This document shows positions 38,101 to 51,000 of a stretch of 64,000 bases of DNA, one piece after another (the first letter of the stretch is position 1; the number at the start of each line of letters is the position of its first letter). Below the pieces are notes generated by a model. That model was given only the letters and a program-made list of their open reading frames with translations. It did no database searches and had not been told where the DNA came from. The DNA is from Botryllus schlosseri (taxonomy: Eukaryota): assembly GCA_051294905.1 (NCBI GenBank), contig CM119372.1, positions 1,302,001-1,366,000 of the forward strand, read 5' to 3'. The translations under genes and the position numbers were made by a program.

Positions 38101-41100
38101 ACAATCACAGTTACAATAACATTACCTAACCTAACCCTAAACTAATCCTAACCTAACCCTAATCCTAACCTAACCCTAATCCTAACGTAACCCTAACCCA
38201 ACCCTAATCATAACCCTAATCATAACTCTAACCTCCTAATCACTCGATAATAATATAATTATGTTATATAATTCACATTAATAGTTGGTAATACAACTTT
38301 ACACAAAATTCTTTGAGGGCCGAATTCACCGGTTGAATTCGGTCCTCAGTAAATTCGGCCCCGTAAATATCCGTGTTATCTCCCGTGACTGTGTGATATA
38401 CGCATACCCTGACCTCCAAATCCCTCGATAATAATATAATTATGTAATTCATTCACATTTATAGTTGGTAATACATTTTTATACAAAATTCTCCGAGGGG
38501 CGAATTTACCGAGTAAATTCGGCCATCGGTAAATTCGGCCCCGTGAATATCCGCGCCATCTCCCACGATTACGCGATCTACGCATACCCTGACATCCAAA
38601 TCACTTAATAATAGTATAATTATGTAATAAATCATGTTAACGGTTGGTAATACATTTTAATACAATATTCTCGGAGGGCCGAATTTACCGAGGTCATGGC
38701 CGAATTCACTGGCCGAATTTACCGAGGGCCGAATTTACTGGGAACCTTTGTTATAACTGTTTATTGTTATTGTAGTAGTGTTGTTGTTGCTGGGTCCACC
38801 AAGTGACTGGTTCCGGTCAAGTAGAACGAACACTTGGTGAACACATGAATGCGTCTTCTTTCTTGTCCAAACTGGCTGCTGGGAACGTAAAATAAAGCTC
38901 TCTGAAAAAGATTGTTGAATCTCAGCACATCTACAATATCAGTAGGTCCTCCACACCAACCATCTGTATACGGAAAGAAGGCCTCATCTGGCAAATCAAA
39001 GGTACAATCACCTGAACAAGACTCCGCAAAATCGAAACTGCGATTCCATCACACCGAGAGTACGAATTCTCACCCGAAGTACGTCGTCGACAGTCGGTAT
39101 GTAATCGGGACCAGTCAGCCGTCGGATATGACTGAAGTAACTGAAACGAGTCATTGACACAGTTCGCCAACTGGAAAATTTTACCTTTTCCGAAATAGAT
39201 TAGAATCAGAATGATGGCTACATTAGAATAGAATTAGAATGACTAAATTCGCAAGAACCTGAAAAGTTCCAGTATTTTCTGTCTTCAGGACATATTTACT
39301 TGATAACAAGTCACTCAAGGTCAACTAGTATATACTTTATCTTCAGCAAAGTAACACGGCTAGAATATTCTAAGCTTTACCAAATTCGATAAGAATTAGA
39401 ATGACTGCATTCGTATAAACTTTGACCTTATATTCAATTCCTAATTGCAAAGCAACACAACAAAAATGAAGTTCAGTTCGTATCGAATCACAGGTCATTC
39501 TCGTAAGTTTGAGAATGGCAAATGTCCGCACACCAGCAAGCTTGGCTCGTCTCGCACTATACAGATCTCGTGTAGCATTTTCAGAAAATCCAGAAACTAG
39601 GTGAAATTTTAAAAAGTTACGAATTAGATTACAATTAGCCTATATTACCGGGAATTCGCTCTAGTTAGTCAAATTTTTCAACTAGGATTAGAACTAAAAC
39701 TGGAACTAGAATATGGTATGAGCGGATTGGTACACTCACTATAGAGCCGAATCATTGAGTTCGTATTCGAATCCACGCTTCGCGGCAGCCCTCACGCTTC
39801 TATCCCTCCATAGACAACGTAAGGAATACGCAAGTTCAGGAGTCAAAAATCCGTCTTCGTCACACGCGCACTCGCAGCACAGAACGGTTTGGGCGTAGAT
39901 CTGCAACAGACAAAGCCTTGTAGATTCGTATACCACAATACCGGAAATACTGTTCATATTGTCACAATGATCAAAGTATCGTAATTGATTCAATCACTAG
40001 CTGTTTTATGTTATCCCGTATTTCTGTCCATCCAGTGTGTCTAATTTCAAAGGGTATTCCAAGCCGTTTCGACAACATCCTATCTTTTCATTATATCGCA
40101 GTCTTGTGGCGTCTTGAAATGATGATACTTATAGTTGTCGGTGGTCGGATCGAGCTCAACCTGGAACCCATGGACGAAGAATTTCACGCTGCGTTCACAC
40201 ATACCCAGCATGTCGATCAGCGCGCTCAAATTTCGCCATATGGAATTTCCAAGTTTTTAAATTTTTTATCGTAGTCACCCTGTTAATTTGCCGTAAGGAT
40301 TTGTATATGGGTCATAAATGGGCCTCAAATCGTAACTACTTAAGTGTATGGTACACGCGGGCAAAACCTACTCTAGTACAAAAAAAAAACAGTATAATTA
40401 GCATTGTAAATTTCTACCCAAGTGCAAGTAGAAGTAGCGATTTCTAAGTAAAAAGTAAGTATTAGGATTGGTTTTGCCTGAAATACTGAAAACTGTCAAG
40501 TATAGAAGCAAAAGTAGTTTAAATCGCACCTACTCTAATCAGTAGTATAAGCATGCAAAAGTTACTTGAGTACACAAAATGTAGAAGTAAAACTCTTGAT
40601 TTCTACTTAAGTACACGTAGAAGTACTGATTTCAAGTAAAAAAGTATTCTATTACTAGTTTTGCTAAAAATACTGAAAAATGCCACGTAGAAGTGAAAGT
40701 AACCTACAATCCCAACTACTAGAGTAGGTATGCAAACATGCAAAAAGCAGTACTTGATTACTTCAAAAAAGTAGAAGTATTTCCTAACTGATCATCTCTG
40801 GATGTTTCTAGGACGTGAGGAGTCACATGTCGAACTTACTTTGTTCTTTAGACTTTGTAGATTTATTCGTAAAATCACCATTCCCTGGAGGACGAATTTC
40901 ATTGAGTTTAGGAGGTTGTCGAGAATCGCCGGCTGCAAAAGATCAAAAGAAAAAAACTCAATATAATTGCAGCATCGCAATAATCCATCGCGATTTTGCG
41001 TGCGAATCTATTACATGTTTTGAACAGTGTTTAAAATATGCCTTTTGAAAAACTCGACTCGACTCATTAGAATTAATACTCGATTCAGATTCGACTATTG

Positions 41101-41835
41101 GAATCATTGTGTCCGGCCCTAAACGCGACAAAACTTATAGAGACTCGGGTATATCTAGATGCCCCTTTTGATTTCACAAACGAGAACTCGCATACCTTGA
41201 AAGCATCTCGTTCATCAATAGAAAATCCAGAATTATGGATAATCTTCATCTGTTTGACGAAAGTACTTTTTCCGCTCTCTCCTGGTCCTGGTTTCATCGA
41301 ACAAAACAGATTTCAGATCAGCTAGAAACATTGCATAAAGCCCATACCCTATCATTCAATTCAATTCAATGTATTGCTAAAAATTTCATCATTTCAACAC
41401 ACCACAAGACTGCGATACAATGAAAGATAGAAAGGTGTCGAACGACTTGGAGTAGTCTTCGAAACCAGACACCCACCTGGCCTAGGCGATGTAAAAAAGG
41501 AGGCATGCACACTGAATGAAAATTGAAAGAAGATACTATAAAAGGACAGGTGACAAAAAAGGAGGGCATGTGTCGGAAGGCGAGATCGATATGTATTCTC
41601 GTTGTCCGGTAAACTAGAGCACTAACGATGTATTTATTCGTTATCATTGCGCCTATTTCCGGCGATATGTAAGTATCTCTCCTTCATATGGAAGACACGC
41701 GCATGACTTACCTAGCAGAAGCAATTTGATTACTCTCTCTTCCTTTCGAGCCATGAAGCTCAACTTTCTGTCAATATCGTGGCTTCGTTGTTTGGCACGC
41801 AGTTCGTCTTGGTCCAAGGACATGCATACGCCCAT
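35178..41835 (-). CDS. GNAV1: Heterotrimeric G-protein alpha subunit, Gv class (359 aa, 10 coding exons)
   Basis: Exons 41835-41712, 41287-41196, 40932-40840, 39900-39740, 39140-39012, 37568-37439, 36428-36357, 35956-35869, 35789-35713, 35291-35178, all GT-AG and in frame (1080 nt). Motifs [45 protein letters not shown]; Gv-typical [33 protein letters not shown]-terminus ENLESASLL. Confidence 0.93.
37976..38746. mobile_element. Foldback/MULE-like non-autonomous transposon with GGTAAATTCGGCC subterminal repeats and an internal (AACCCT)n-like tract, in a Gv intron
   Basis: Inverted ends TTCCAGTAAATTCGGCCCTCGG / CCGAGGGCCGAATTTACTGGGAA; TSD TTTGTTAT (37968-37975, 38747-38754); internal about 180-bp tandem units. 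Confidence 0.8.
38760..39000 (-). mobile_element. Possible 3' fragment of a non-LTR retrotransposon
   Basis: Coding-like but interrupted sequence ending, on the minus strand, in a (CAA)n/(TAA)n-like tail. Confidence 0.3.
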
Positions 41836-43554
41836 GCTATCAAGATTAGAATAGTCTTTTCTGACAAACTATAACAGCGAACAAGGTGTTAAGCATTATA
41901 AAATGAAATCCTAAATTTAAAATGAAGATAGGAGTATATACTGATGGTCCGAGACTTCGTGACTCGACAGCATCCAATGAAAAATGAGCCCTAATTATCA
42001 TAAATACACTTCCTCCAATATACCACTACCAGACTCAGAGTATCCAACCCGAATGCACCTCTGTGCGAGACTCCCTAATTTGGAAACGAGATTTCTCTTT
42101 CATTATTAAATGACACATTGATAGAGATGAGAAATAATTACCCTGACAAGTTATTGGCGTCCGTAAGGAGGATACTATAGCGGTTATATATCTACCTACA
42201 ATCACTCCTCAGAAATAATAAGTATATTTTCGAATATCTGGGTTTTCATTAAGAATATGATATAGTCTGTTTCCAGGTTGATTAAAATTGCCTCGAGACA
42301 TTAGGGAATCGATTGAATTAATAAGAGGCTGAGGGTAATTTATCAAGTCTTTATCAAGCCTTTATTAATATAAATTTACGACATCCTAATCTGCGAATTT
42401 AAACAATAATTCTTTATCTGCTTCGCATAAGAATTTGGTTTATTTGGTGAGCCCAGTCGTGAGTTTGTATCGGTAACTTAGCCATGTGCCCAATCCAATC
42501 CATATCCAATCCATTTCAATCCATATCTCAGCGTCCAAAATCCCACAAGAATAGCGCCATTACTGCTGTGTAGCAATGGTTGAATTTAAGTGCACAGGCC
42601 TATTATTTAAGTCGCTGACTATGGCTTTTGCACAAGCGTTATATATTTAAAAGACCTAAGTGTTGGAGGTTTTTCTTATCCGCGTGAGCCTTGTCTTAAA
42701 AAAGCTTAGAAATGGGCCGTGTTACAAAGTCGGCACATACGGATTTGCAATAAAGAATATCCGTAAGCTGTACATGACCATTGACCATTGTTGTCGAAAA
42801 ACACCACGAATAGCACAAACTAGCAAATATTAAACGACTGTATAGCCTACTTATACAGTGCCGGACCATGCACTAACAGCTGAGACACGCCAATGTTGAA
42901 TATACTGACAACATGGTATATATCCATTGGAAGGCTGAAGAAAGTTTGCTGAATGATGAAGTTGTAAGATGCAAAAAGTGCTCAACTGATCAACTTTTCA
43001 TAGTCAGAGTTCCTGTTTACAAGCATTTTTAATCTGAAAAACATTCCACTTAAGTCTCGAACGTGCTAATATCTGTAAGGCAAGCATCACCTATATACTT
43101 CGCTCATCTATAATTTCAAACCTCTTATAAATGCAGTCAGCGAATAATCTCGCACTTAAATTGAAACAATATGACTGAAAAAAATTACGTATTCGTCCGT
43201 GCGATTAGTTCGACAATAGTATGTGCTATTCGATCCCGATACGTAAGCGGCATTTACTTGGAATGTATTTTAGCGATAATAATAAATGACGATGATGTAA
43301 TCGCAAGACAAACCAATCAGTCGCAAATTTCAAGTATCGAGCAATTGACTGATTGTGGATTTGAAGTGTTAAGGCGAAATTAACCAAATACTGTGAATAA
43401 AGTTATTCGTTCATATCGTCAATGCTTTTCTATTTAACCTGTATGTATCATCTTGACATCGCCCCGCATTCGTGTGGATGCAATATTTACAATTACATCA
43501 TATGATTTGTTTCCGTAGCTCCGAACTGGAGAATCGCTTGCCTGCGTCTAATGA

Positions 43555-44415
43555 AAATAAGTCGTAAAATGTGGAGGCTGTAGAGACAGTAACTTGTATA
43601 CATAAAATCAAGTTTAAAAATATGGACGGATGAGTTATCTCTGACCAATAGAGTAATATAACCGCCTATAGTTTAGTGGGTATTGCTATAATGTATATCC
43701 AAACAATCGTTGCAGACTCTGAATGTTACCTAGGTCCTTATCACAAAAAATCATGCATCAGAAGCGTAGGGGTTCATATTATCAAGTCGCAGCGCTCAAA
43801 ATCGCATTTTATATTAAGTAATTAGTGATGATGTGTAGAATTTTGATATTAATAATATTATCCGGAGAATATAACCTTACATAGACATCATAGTTTTCGC
43901 ATTTATGTATAATCTGAATAGGAATTTAAATACATAGTCCTAAATACACATAATAGAAAATCTGTCGATTCTAGCCAAGGTAAGTTTTGACGCAGCAATC
44001 ATAAGTCGTAAAATGTGGAAACTGCAGAAACCGTAACTTGTACACATAAAATCAAGTTTAAAAAATATGGACGGATGATATTAGTCCTAAATACACATAA
44101 TACAATATCTGAGAAAAGTATCAAGATGCGGCAATCAATGCGGCGATGATATAGCAATGGATGGATGATGTGGCACTATATAGGCGTGACGCTTGATGAT
44201 GTGGCACAGATGACGTAGCAGATGAATGTTCCCTTAGGGGATGAAAATGGGCGTGGCAATTAGGATGACGTGGCGTTCTCTGATTGGTGCGTAACAAAAT
44301 TCCTTAACCTCAAAACGGGGGCGCAGACTAGATGACCTCATGGGGCCGTATCGCAACTCCGTCGCCAAAGCATCTCGATGGTGCAGGCGAGAAAGAATAT
44401 CATATCTCTCTCTCT
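43555..44415. mobile_element. Isolated Polinton/Maverick-like terminal fragment
   Basis: Ends in ATATCTCTCTCTCT (AGAGAGAGAG on the other strand); preceded by repeated GATGA(C/T)GT(G/A)GC motifs, a CCAAT box and a duplicated about 78-bp block (43557/44001). Confidence 0.45.
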
Positions 44416-44645
44416 AGTTGTATTCTAATTCTCAAAGAAATTGATGTGACAACCCTCAGTATACTTTACATATATATGTAGTAAATAGTTTACAAAATAA
44501 TTCGCCTCTACGTCAGCGTTGGGATCAAGTCACTATCTTTGAGTTACAAGTCGTATTGACTCGCTGCACATTTTGATTCGAGCCAAGTAACTCGATTTCT
44601 AAAGGTGACTAGAGTCAAGTCGGGTCAAGTCACGAGTCCCTAAGT

Positions 44646-46240
44646 CAGGGGTCGGCAACCTTTTGCTAGTCGCGGGCCAAATTCCGAGTGCACAACTTTT
44701 TGGCGGGCCGGAAATTTTCTTGATACTATATTTAACGCCCACATCGGTTTAGTACCCTACATTGCTGCAATCTCAATCATACAAATCACAAAAAGGGCAA
44801 AACACATGTATTTACACTTCAACAACGCAGCATAAATGTGACACTTGGCGCAGCATGCTTTGTGAAAGAATTTTAACTTCTAATAACAAGTCAGATGAAG
44901 CAACAATCAAACCACATTCTAAATGGGCATTAGAATACGTGATCTTAGCTTGCTCTTCGTGAATTCGATTGTTTTAAAGTATTTTTCACATGCGTACGTG
45001 CTATCAAAAGTCGATGCCATTTCTTTTGCATTGTTGGTCAAGCCGGGATAAAGACCCATTTCAAGAACGTACTCTTTGTCAAAGTCATGCAGCTATATGC
45101 TCTTTGTATGAAATTTGTCTTTCAATTCAACTGCATCGCATTTCAAAGGGGCCCATTTGAAATTTCCAGGCAACGGTATTGGCGCTCACATTAAACCGAG
45201 TACTGAGTAGTCTGAATTTATTTTGTACAGAACGAATGTCGGAAAAGCGGGTGGAAATTCAGTTATTAAATTTCTTATCACAGTTACAAAGGTATAGTAC
45301 TGGTACTAGAAGTTTACTCTCCACCAGTATAGGAAAGTGAGCATAATTTTATTTTTACTGTTGACATTCCCAGAGTCGCAGTTTTGTTTCGAATGCGCCT
45401 CAACATCTCATGTATGCAGTTATTTCCTCCTGAAGTTGCAAATTCAATTTGTTAGATGTGACGTTAAATGTACTACGAAAGCAAGATTAGATACCCATTT
45501 TCGATGACAAGATTATGAGTCAGCGATGTTTGTATTTTCAAGGAAAGTTGCTATTTCGTTTCTCAGTTCATACACTCGTGCAAGGATAGCGGCTCGTGCG
45601 AACATGGCAGATATACAGGACATCGCCATATTGATTCTCTGCTTCTAGTAATATATGGGGTAGGCTAACTGTCGGTGATCAAGTTTGTGAGACAAAATCA
45701 ACTTTCCCCACTGTGTCCAAAACACTATTCAGGTATGTTGTCTTGGCGTACAATGTCTTTTGGTGAATTAAACTGCAGATGACTAACCTACGGAGGCTGG
45801 TTATCTCAAATGAAACGGAAAGTTTGAGATTTTGTCATTGCGTCTGAGATGTTCCAAGCGTTTTTGAAGCAGAGGAACCGCACCTTTAATGTCGCACCCT
45901 ATCAGAGTGGCAACCCCTTAAAAAGTATGGTATACCTTGGTTGCGCGATACACACGCTTTATAAGTACTGGTCTAGTCTAGTCTACATACATTCTCCATC
46001 TCCTACTTTTAGTACGAAATAGGCTACTAATCAACAGCCTTCGCATCAGTTTTATGGCGTAACAATAGACCAACACGACGTAGGATATTTACATCGTAGC
46101 AATGTCGCATTCTTACCAATCAGTGCTGCACTGCAGGTTGGAACTCATTACGGAACGGCGGGCCGTATTCTTGTGGTAACTAATTATTTCGTCGCTGGCC
46201 GGACGATTTCGCTTGGCGGGCCGTAGGTTGCCGACCCTTG
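44646..46240 (-). mobile_element. hAT Buster/Charlie-type transposon with decayed GTF2IRD2-like transposase
   Basis: TIR CAGGGGTCGGCAACC...GGTTGCCGACCCTTG; perfect TSD CCCTAAGT; minus-strand remnants LIHQKTL, LDHRQ, LNLQLQ, AFETKLRLWE, RFSDI, STYACEKYF. Confidence 0.9.
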
Positions 46241-48057
46241 CCCTAAGTCATGTAGAATTTTCGTAATAGGCCTACATAACATGATTCAAGTCAAGATGAT
46301 TGAGTCGCTATTTATTCTGAAGCGACTAACGAACATCGAGGTAATTATACCGTCAGTGGGGCATTATAGCCTATATTGCTCACATATGCGTAGAACTGAT
46401 AAACCACGTCGGTAAGCTAACTGAAACTGCCATCCAAATGGATGATATAATATGAAACCTCCGAAGAGATACACATTCCAGCTACACATAATTACGAAAC
46501 GATTTAAGCATGCACCAAATGTTGACGAGTAATATAAATGGATATTTATATCATACATACAAGAGGTGGGCCTACATAAATACACACTGCTTTAGATAGC
46601 TTACTACTAGGCAACGACAACGTATATTTCGGACTCAAATCGGGCAAAAGGACCGCTCAACTATAATGGACGATACAATATTAACACGAGTTTTTGACTC
46701 AATTCAGATTTCGTCATCAACGTTCGGGTTCGGGGTGTAACGTGGCTGGTAAGCGTAGATTCGATTAAAACCGTCGTCAACGCAAGTCGTCAACGCAATA
46801 ACGCAGTAACATGACAGAACCTTGGCCTGTACCAAATTATAGTTCCTTTCGGCGAATTGTCGACACATTTACCTGGACTTCATGGTCATATCAATATACT
46901 AACATTTATTGTGAGTCAATAGGTGATATACCAATTCATCCCGTGCATTTTGGCGCATTCAAGCTTTCTTTTTATACTCTGGTAACTTGGAATACAACTC
47001 GTTTACAAACTTTTCCTGGTGTTACATGTTTAGCAGCTGCTGATTCGTCATCTAAGATCAGTCTGATATATTTTATTTTGACAAGGGAAATAATAACTGA
47101 AAATTATCCTACGCCCAATTATAGCTGAACACCGAACATGGACGTAACAAAGAGACGATTAGCCCGGTAATTCTATATCCGCCTCGAATATCGCCTACCC
47201 TTGCAGGCTAATTTACCAGCCAATTATAATCTGTAGAGTTGGAAACACATGCCATATCAAGCTATTCCTTTTAATTCATACTCTAATATCATGAAAAGGA
47301 AATAAACGCGACATAGATCTTTTCCTGAACTGCAACATATACTAGAACTATAGACTCATCATAACGCTACAACTCGTATTAATCGATCATCTGTGTCGGT
47401 CGGAGCAATGTATTTTTTACATTTTCAGTCTTTCCATGGTAGGCCTATGCTACACCGCAAAACAATTAGGTTCCAAACCAGCTGTCATTTAGCTGCAGTT
47501 TTTGCCGTTTCAAGACTAATGATCACTTCACCAGCTCGGGCGATGGTGACAAGGAATGTTAATGTCACATAATTACATATGTCGACCAGAAATACACTTC
47601 GCAACAAGTTTCGCTTACGAAAATAGCGTGTCAGCATCGTGCGTGTGTCTTATATGAGCTTTGAGCTAGTAGGCTATCTTCATTAGGGCTTTTCAGAAAC
47701 AGCTTTTCTTCTAAATTTTAATGGCTACCCTATAAAATTTGTTACGTTATCTGAAACGCCGGACATCAAATTCAGCTCCGCACTTTGTTCAGTTCTCTGG
47801 AACTCATCAAATATTTGTCCCCCTACATTATTTTCTGGTATCGCCACTGCTTCCAGAATGGTCATTAAGACTAACCCGAAGAACGTTAAACTGCAAGCTT
47901 TCTCCGAAATCTAAGCTTTTGCCAAGTCACAAAAATGAACATGTACCATATTTCACATCTAATACATTACTGGGAGAATACCAACGCACAAAATGAAGTG
48001 CTTCCTTCAAAAACAGTGTTAAAAGAACAAATCCATTAAATCATGAGTAGTATTATA

Positions 48058-51000
48058 CACAGGGTTTATACGCGCCCCAATCACCGTTGAGTATTTGATC
48101 ACGTGACATCTGTTAGCCAATTAGAACGCAGAACGATGTGGGTGTGGTTCCAATACGAGAGAGGTTTTGGTTGTGTGAGAGATGGCATAGTTCCAGTCCA
48201 GTAACGCTGAGATATTTATTACGTCATTGAGTAAGTTGATAACCTATGATTGCGTATTGCAGCATGTTCATGATTACGTGTATAGTTCCAGTCCAGTAAC
48301 GCTGAGATATTTATTACGTCATGGCGTAAGTTGATTACCTTCATTATGATTGCGTATTGCACCATATTCATGATTACGTCACAAGCGTAGTTGATTACTT
48401 TAGTTATTACTAGAGCGGCTTTGCTTAGTTCCAGTAATGCTGAGATATGATTACGTCATGATTGCGTCTAGTTCCAGTCCAATAACACTGAGAAATATTT
48501 ACGTTAATATGATTGTGTAGTTGAAGCATGTTCATGATTACGTCATATGCGTAGTTGATTACTTTAGTAACGCTGAGATGCGTAAGTTGATTACCTTCGT
48601 TATGATTGCGTATTGCACCATATTCATGATTACGTCACAAGCGTAGTTGATTACTTTAGTTATTACTAGAGCGGCTTTGCTTAGTTTCAGTAATGCTGAG
48701 ATATGATTACGTCATGATTGCGTCTAGTTCCAGTCCAATAACACTGAGAAATATTTACGTTACCGCCCGCCCGCTAATTTATCGCGTCATCACCACTCGC
48801 TTGTAAACATTTTCATGATTTTAATGATTAATAAAAATTATTTAAATAAATATTATTACTTTGGTTCTAACTTTGGAAACGAAAAAATCAAATAGATATT
48901 CACAAAGCAACAATATTATTAAAAAAAAATATGTTCACCGTTACAAGCCACAATGATTTCAATGAATATTGGAAAAATATTATTATTAATTATTATTCCT
49001 AAGTTAGAATGAAATATTTTAAAAGATTCAAATCATGTTTTGGTTCTTATAACAGCGTAAGCTAATTATTTTCATTAACAACACAAGATAATTGATAAAT
49101 TAACTAAATAATTAATAGGATATTCAGAAAACAACAATATTATTAAAATAATCAGTGGTAGTGAAACAATAACAACACATGAAAATGGCTAATTTCACGC
49201 AAAATCATAAGATATTCATAATACCAGGCAATTTTTGATATTATTACTTTAGTTTGTGTCTCATTTAGTGTAAAATGATAGCATTTTGTAGTGCATACGG
49301 TAAGGTACTGCGACACTATCCATTAACCAAGAATGTATTGAGTTAATTCTCTGAAGAGCACAGCTGTTGTCACAATGAAATGTTGACTATCGAATGAAGT
49401 TTATTATTGTGTATTGATAGGATACACCTTCATGAGGTGGCAAGGTGTTTGAATTTTGTGTAGCGCTAATTCTAATTAAACTTGGAGCTTGTTGTACAAA
49501 AGATGTTCACCGTTATAAGCTACAATGATTTCAATGAATAATGAAAGAAATATTATTAATCATTATTATTCCAAAGTTATAGAACCAAAGTAATAATACT
49601 TGATAAATGGAATATTTTAAACATATTTAAATCATGTTTGGTGCATATAACAACGTAAGCTGATTATTTTCATTAACATCACGAGATAATTGCTAATTTC
49701 ACAATGATAAGAAACTCACTACAGATCAACGCCTAGAGATCAAAATCCACGAAGCTCGCAGTGTATCTGAAAAGCGTGCGTAACTGAAACAGGTTGAACA
49801 GAACTAGATTAGAATTCGAGCGTGCTTTGCAAACAATGTAAAAGAATAGAAGCGAAGTTAGCTTGATTCCTGGGGACATCTATGTCTTTACCAAGAATGT
49901 TCATCCAACGATAAGGTAAAATTAATTACGCGCGCTTATCATGGATTTTTTGTGCTGTGGTTCTTTCAAGGATAAGATTTTTGATATGCGACTCGCGCAT
50001 AAAATAGCTCTGCCCACCCCTGTACTATAGTAAAGTATTAGATGTGTAGTTAAATGTATATTTTGCCAGATTTTTTGTTTTATGACTAGCAAAAATTTGT
50101 GGTTCAGCGAAGGTTTGAAGACTAATGTAAGTGCTTTGTGGATCAGTAAAGGTTGTGAATATGTGAACCACACAAAAAATAGCGTTGAGCACAATGATTT
50201 GTCATTGATTGATGATCAGGTTCAATTCGAGAGTTCAATTGCTAATTTTGAACCCTATAGGACCACTGCCACCATTCGCGTATTGCTATTACGCTATAAA
50301 TGCATTAATATATATTCAGGGAAGAAAATGGCGAAACGCACATGAAATCATTAAAGTGCTACAATCGTGAATCGCAGTTTGCCCGCCTCTGCTATAACTA
50401 GTAGTCTCAAGGGAATGATAACTGCAGTGAAGATGTTTCAGCTTTACTTAATAGTTCTATGTCAATTCCGCTCAGTAATTCGAATGTGACAAGCCACAGC
50501 TCATTCCGTTTAGAGATAAATTTGCAATAAAACGGACATTTCGATCACGTTATTTTTATGCTTGGGAGATATTACCGCTATTTGGAGCAATACTTTCGCT
50601 ATATGATCATATCAGGGTTGTTCAACGACGTAAACTTTAAATATTATGAATATCATATACTTTATGCTAAATTAATTGACGGTTTATTCAACTCTCATTA
50701 ATTTAGTATTCTAGAACCACTGAAGTCTCATGAAATAACAAAATACCGTGCTTTGCAAACAATGTAAACAGAATAGAAGCGAAGTTAGCTTGGTTCTCTA
50801 GGGACATCTATGCCTTACTCAGGAAAGCTCATCCGTCTTTAAAAGCTGCTTGATGGGAAGTGAATACCCTAGACAAGTCCGAACCTGTCTATATTGCAGC
50901 ATATTAGAGATAGCTTGTGCAATAGTCCTAAATACAACAAAATGCGGAGAGTTGATATCGCAATAGGTACGATCATCACTTCTTGTACTTTACTAGAAAT

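Noticed and set aside
38125..38235. True telomere or interstitial telomeric fusion
   Set aside because: The degenerate AACCCT tract lies inside a TIR/TSD-bounded transposon
38767..38994. ORF with TDIVDVLRF as an alternative Gv switch-I exon
   Set aside because: The real exon (39140-39012, [12 protein letters not shown]) is adjacent; this stretch lacks the RxxTxG motif and matching splice phases
8682..41460. Short repeat (CAAGTCGTTTC...TCTTGTGG; about 8682, 15300, 21677, 40058, 41397) as a splice-acceptor-associated element
   Set aside because: Three copies precede acceptors, but the others are intergenic or reversed; most simply a small dispersed repeat
48188..48762. CRISPR-like array
   Set aside because: Eukaryotic context; the intervening segments are themselves repeated rather than unique spacers; no cas genes
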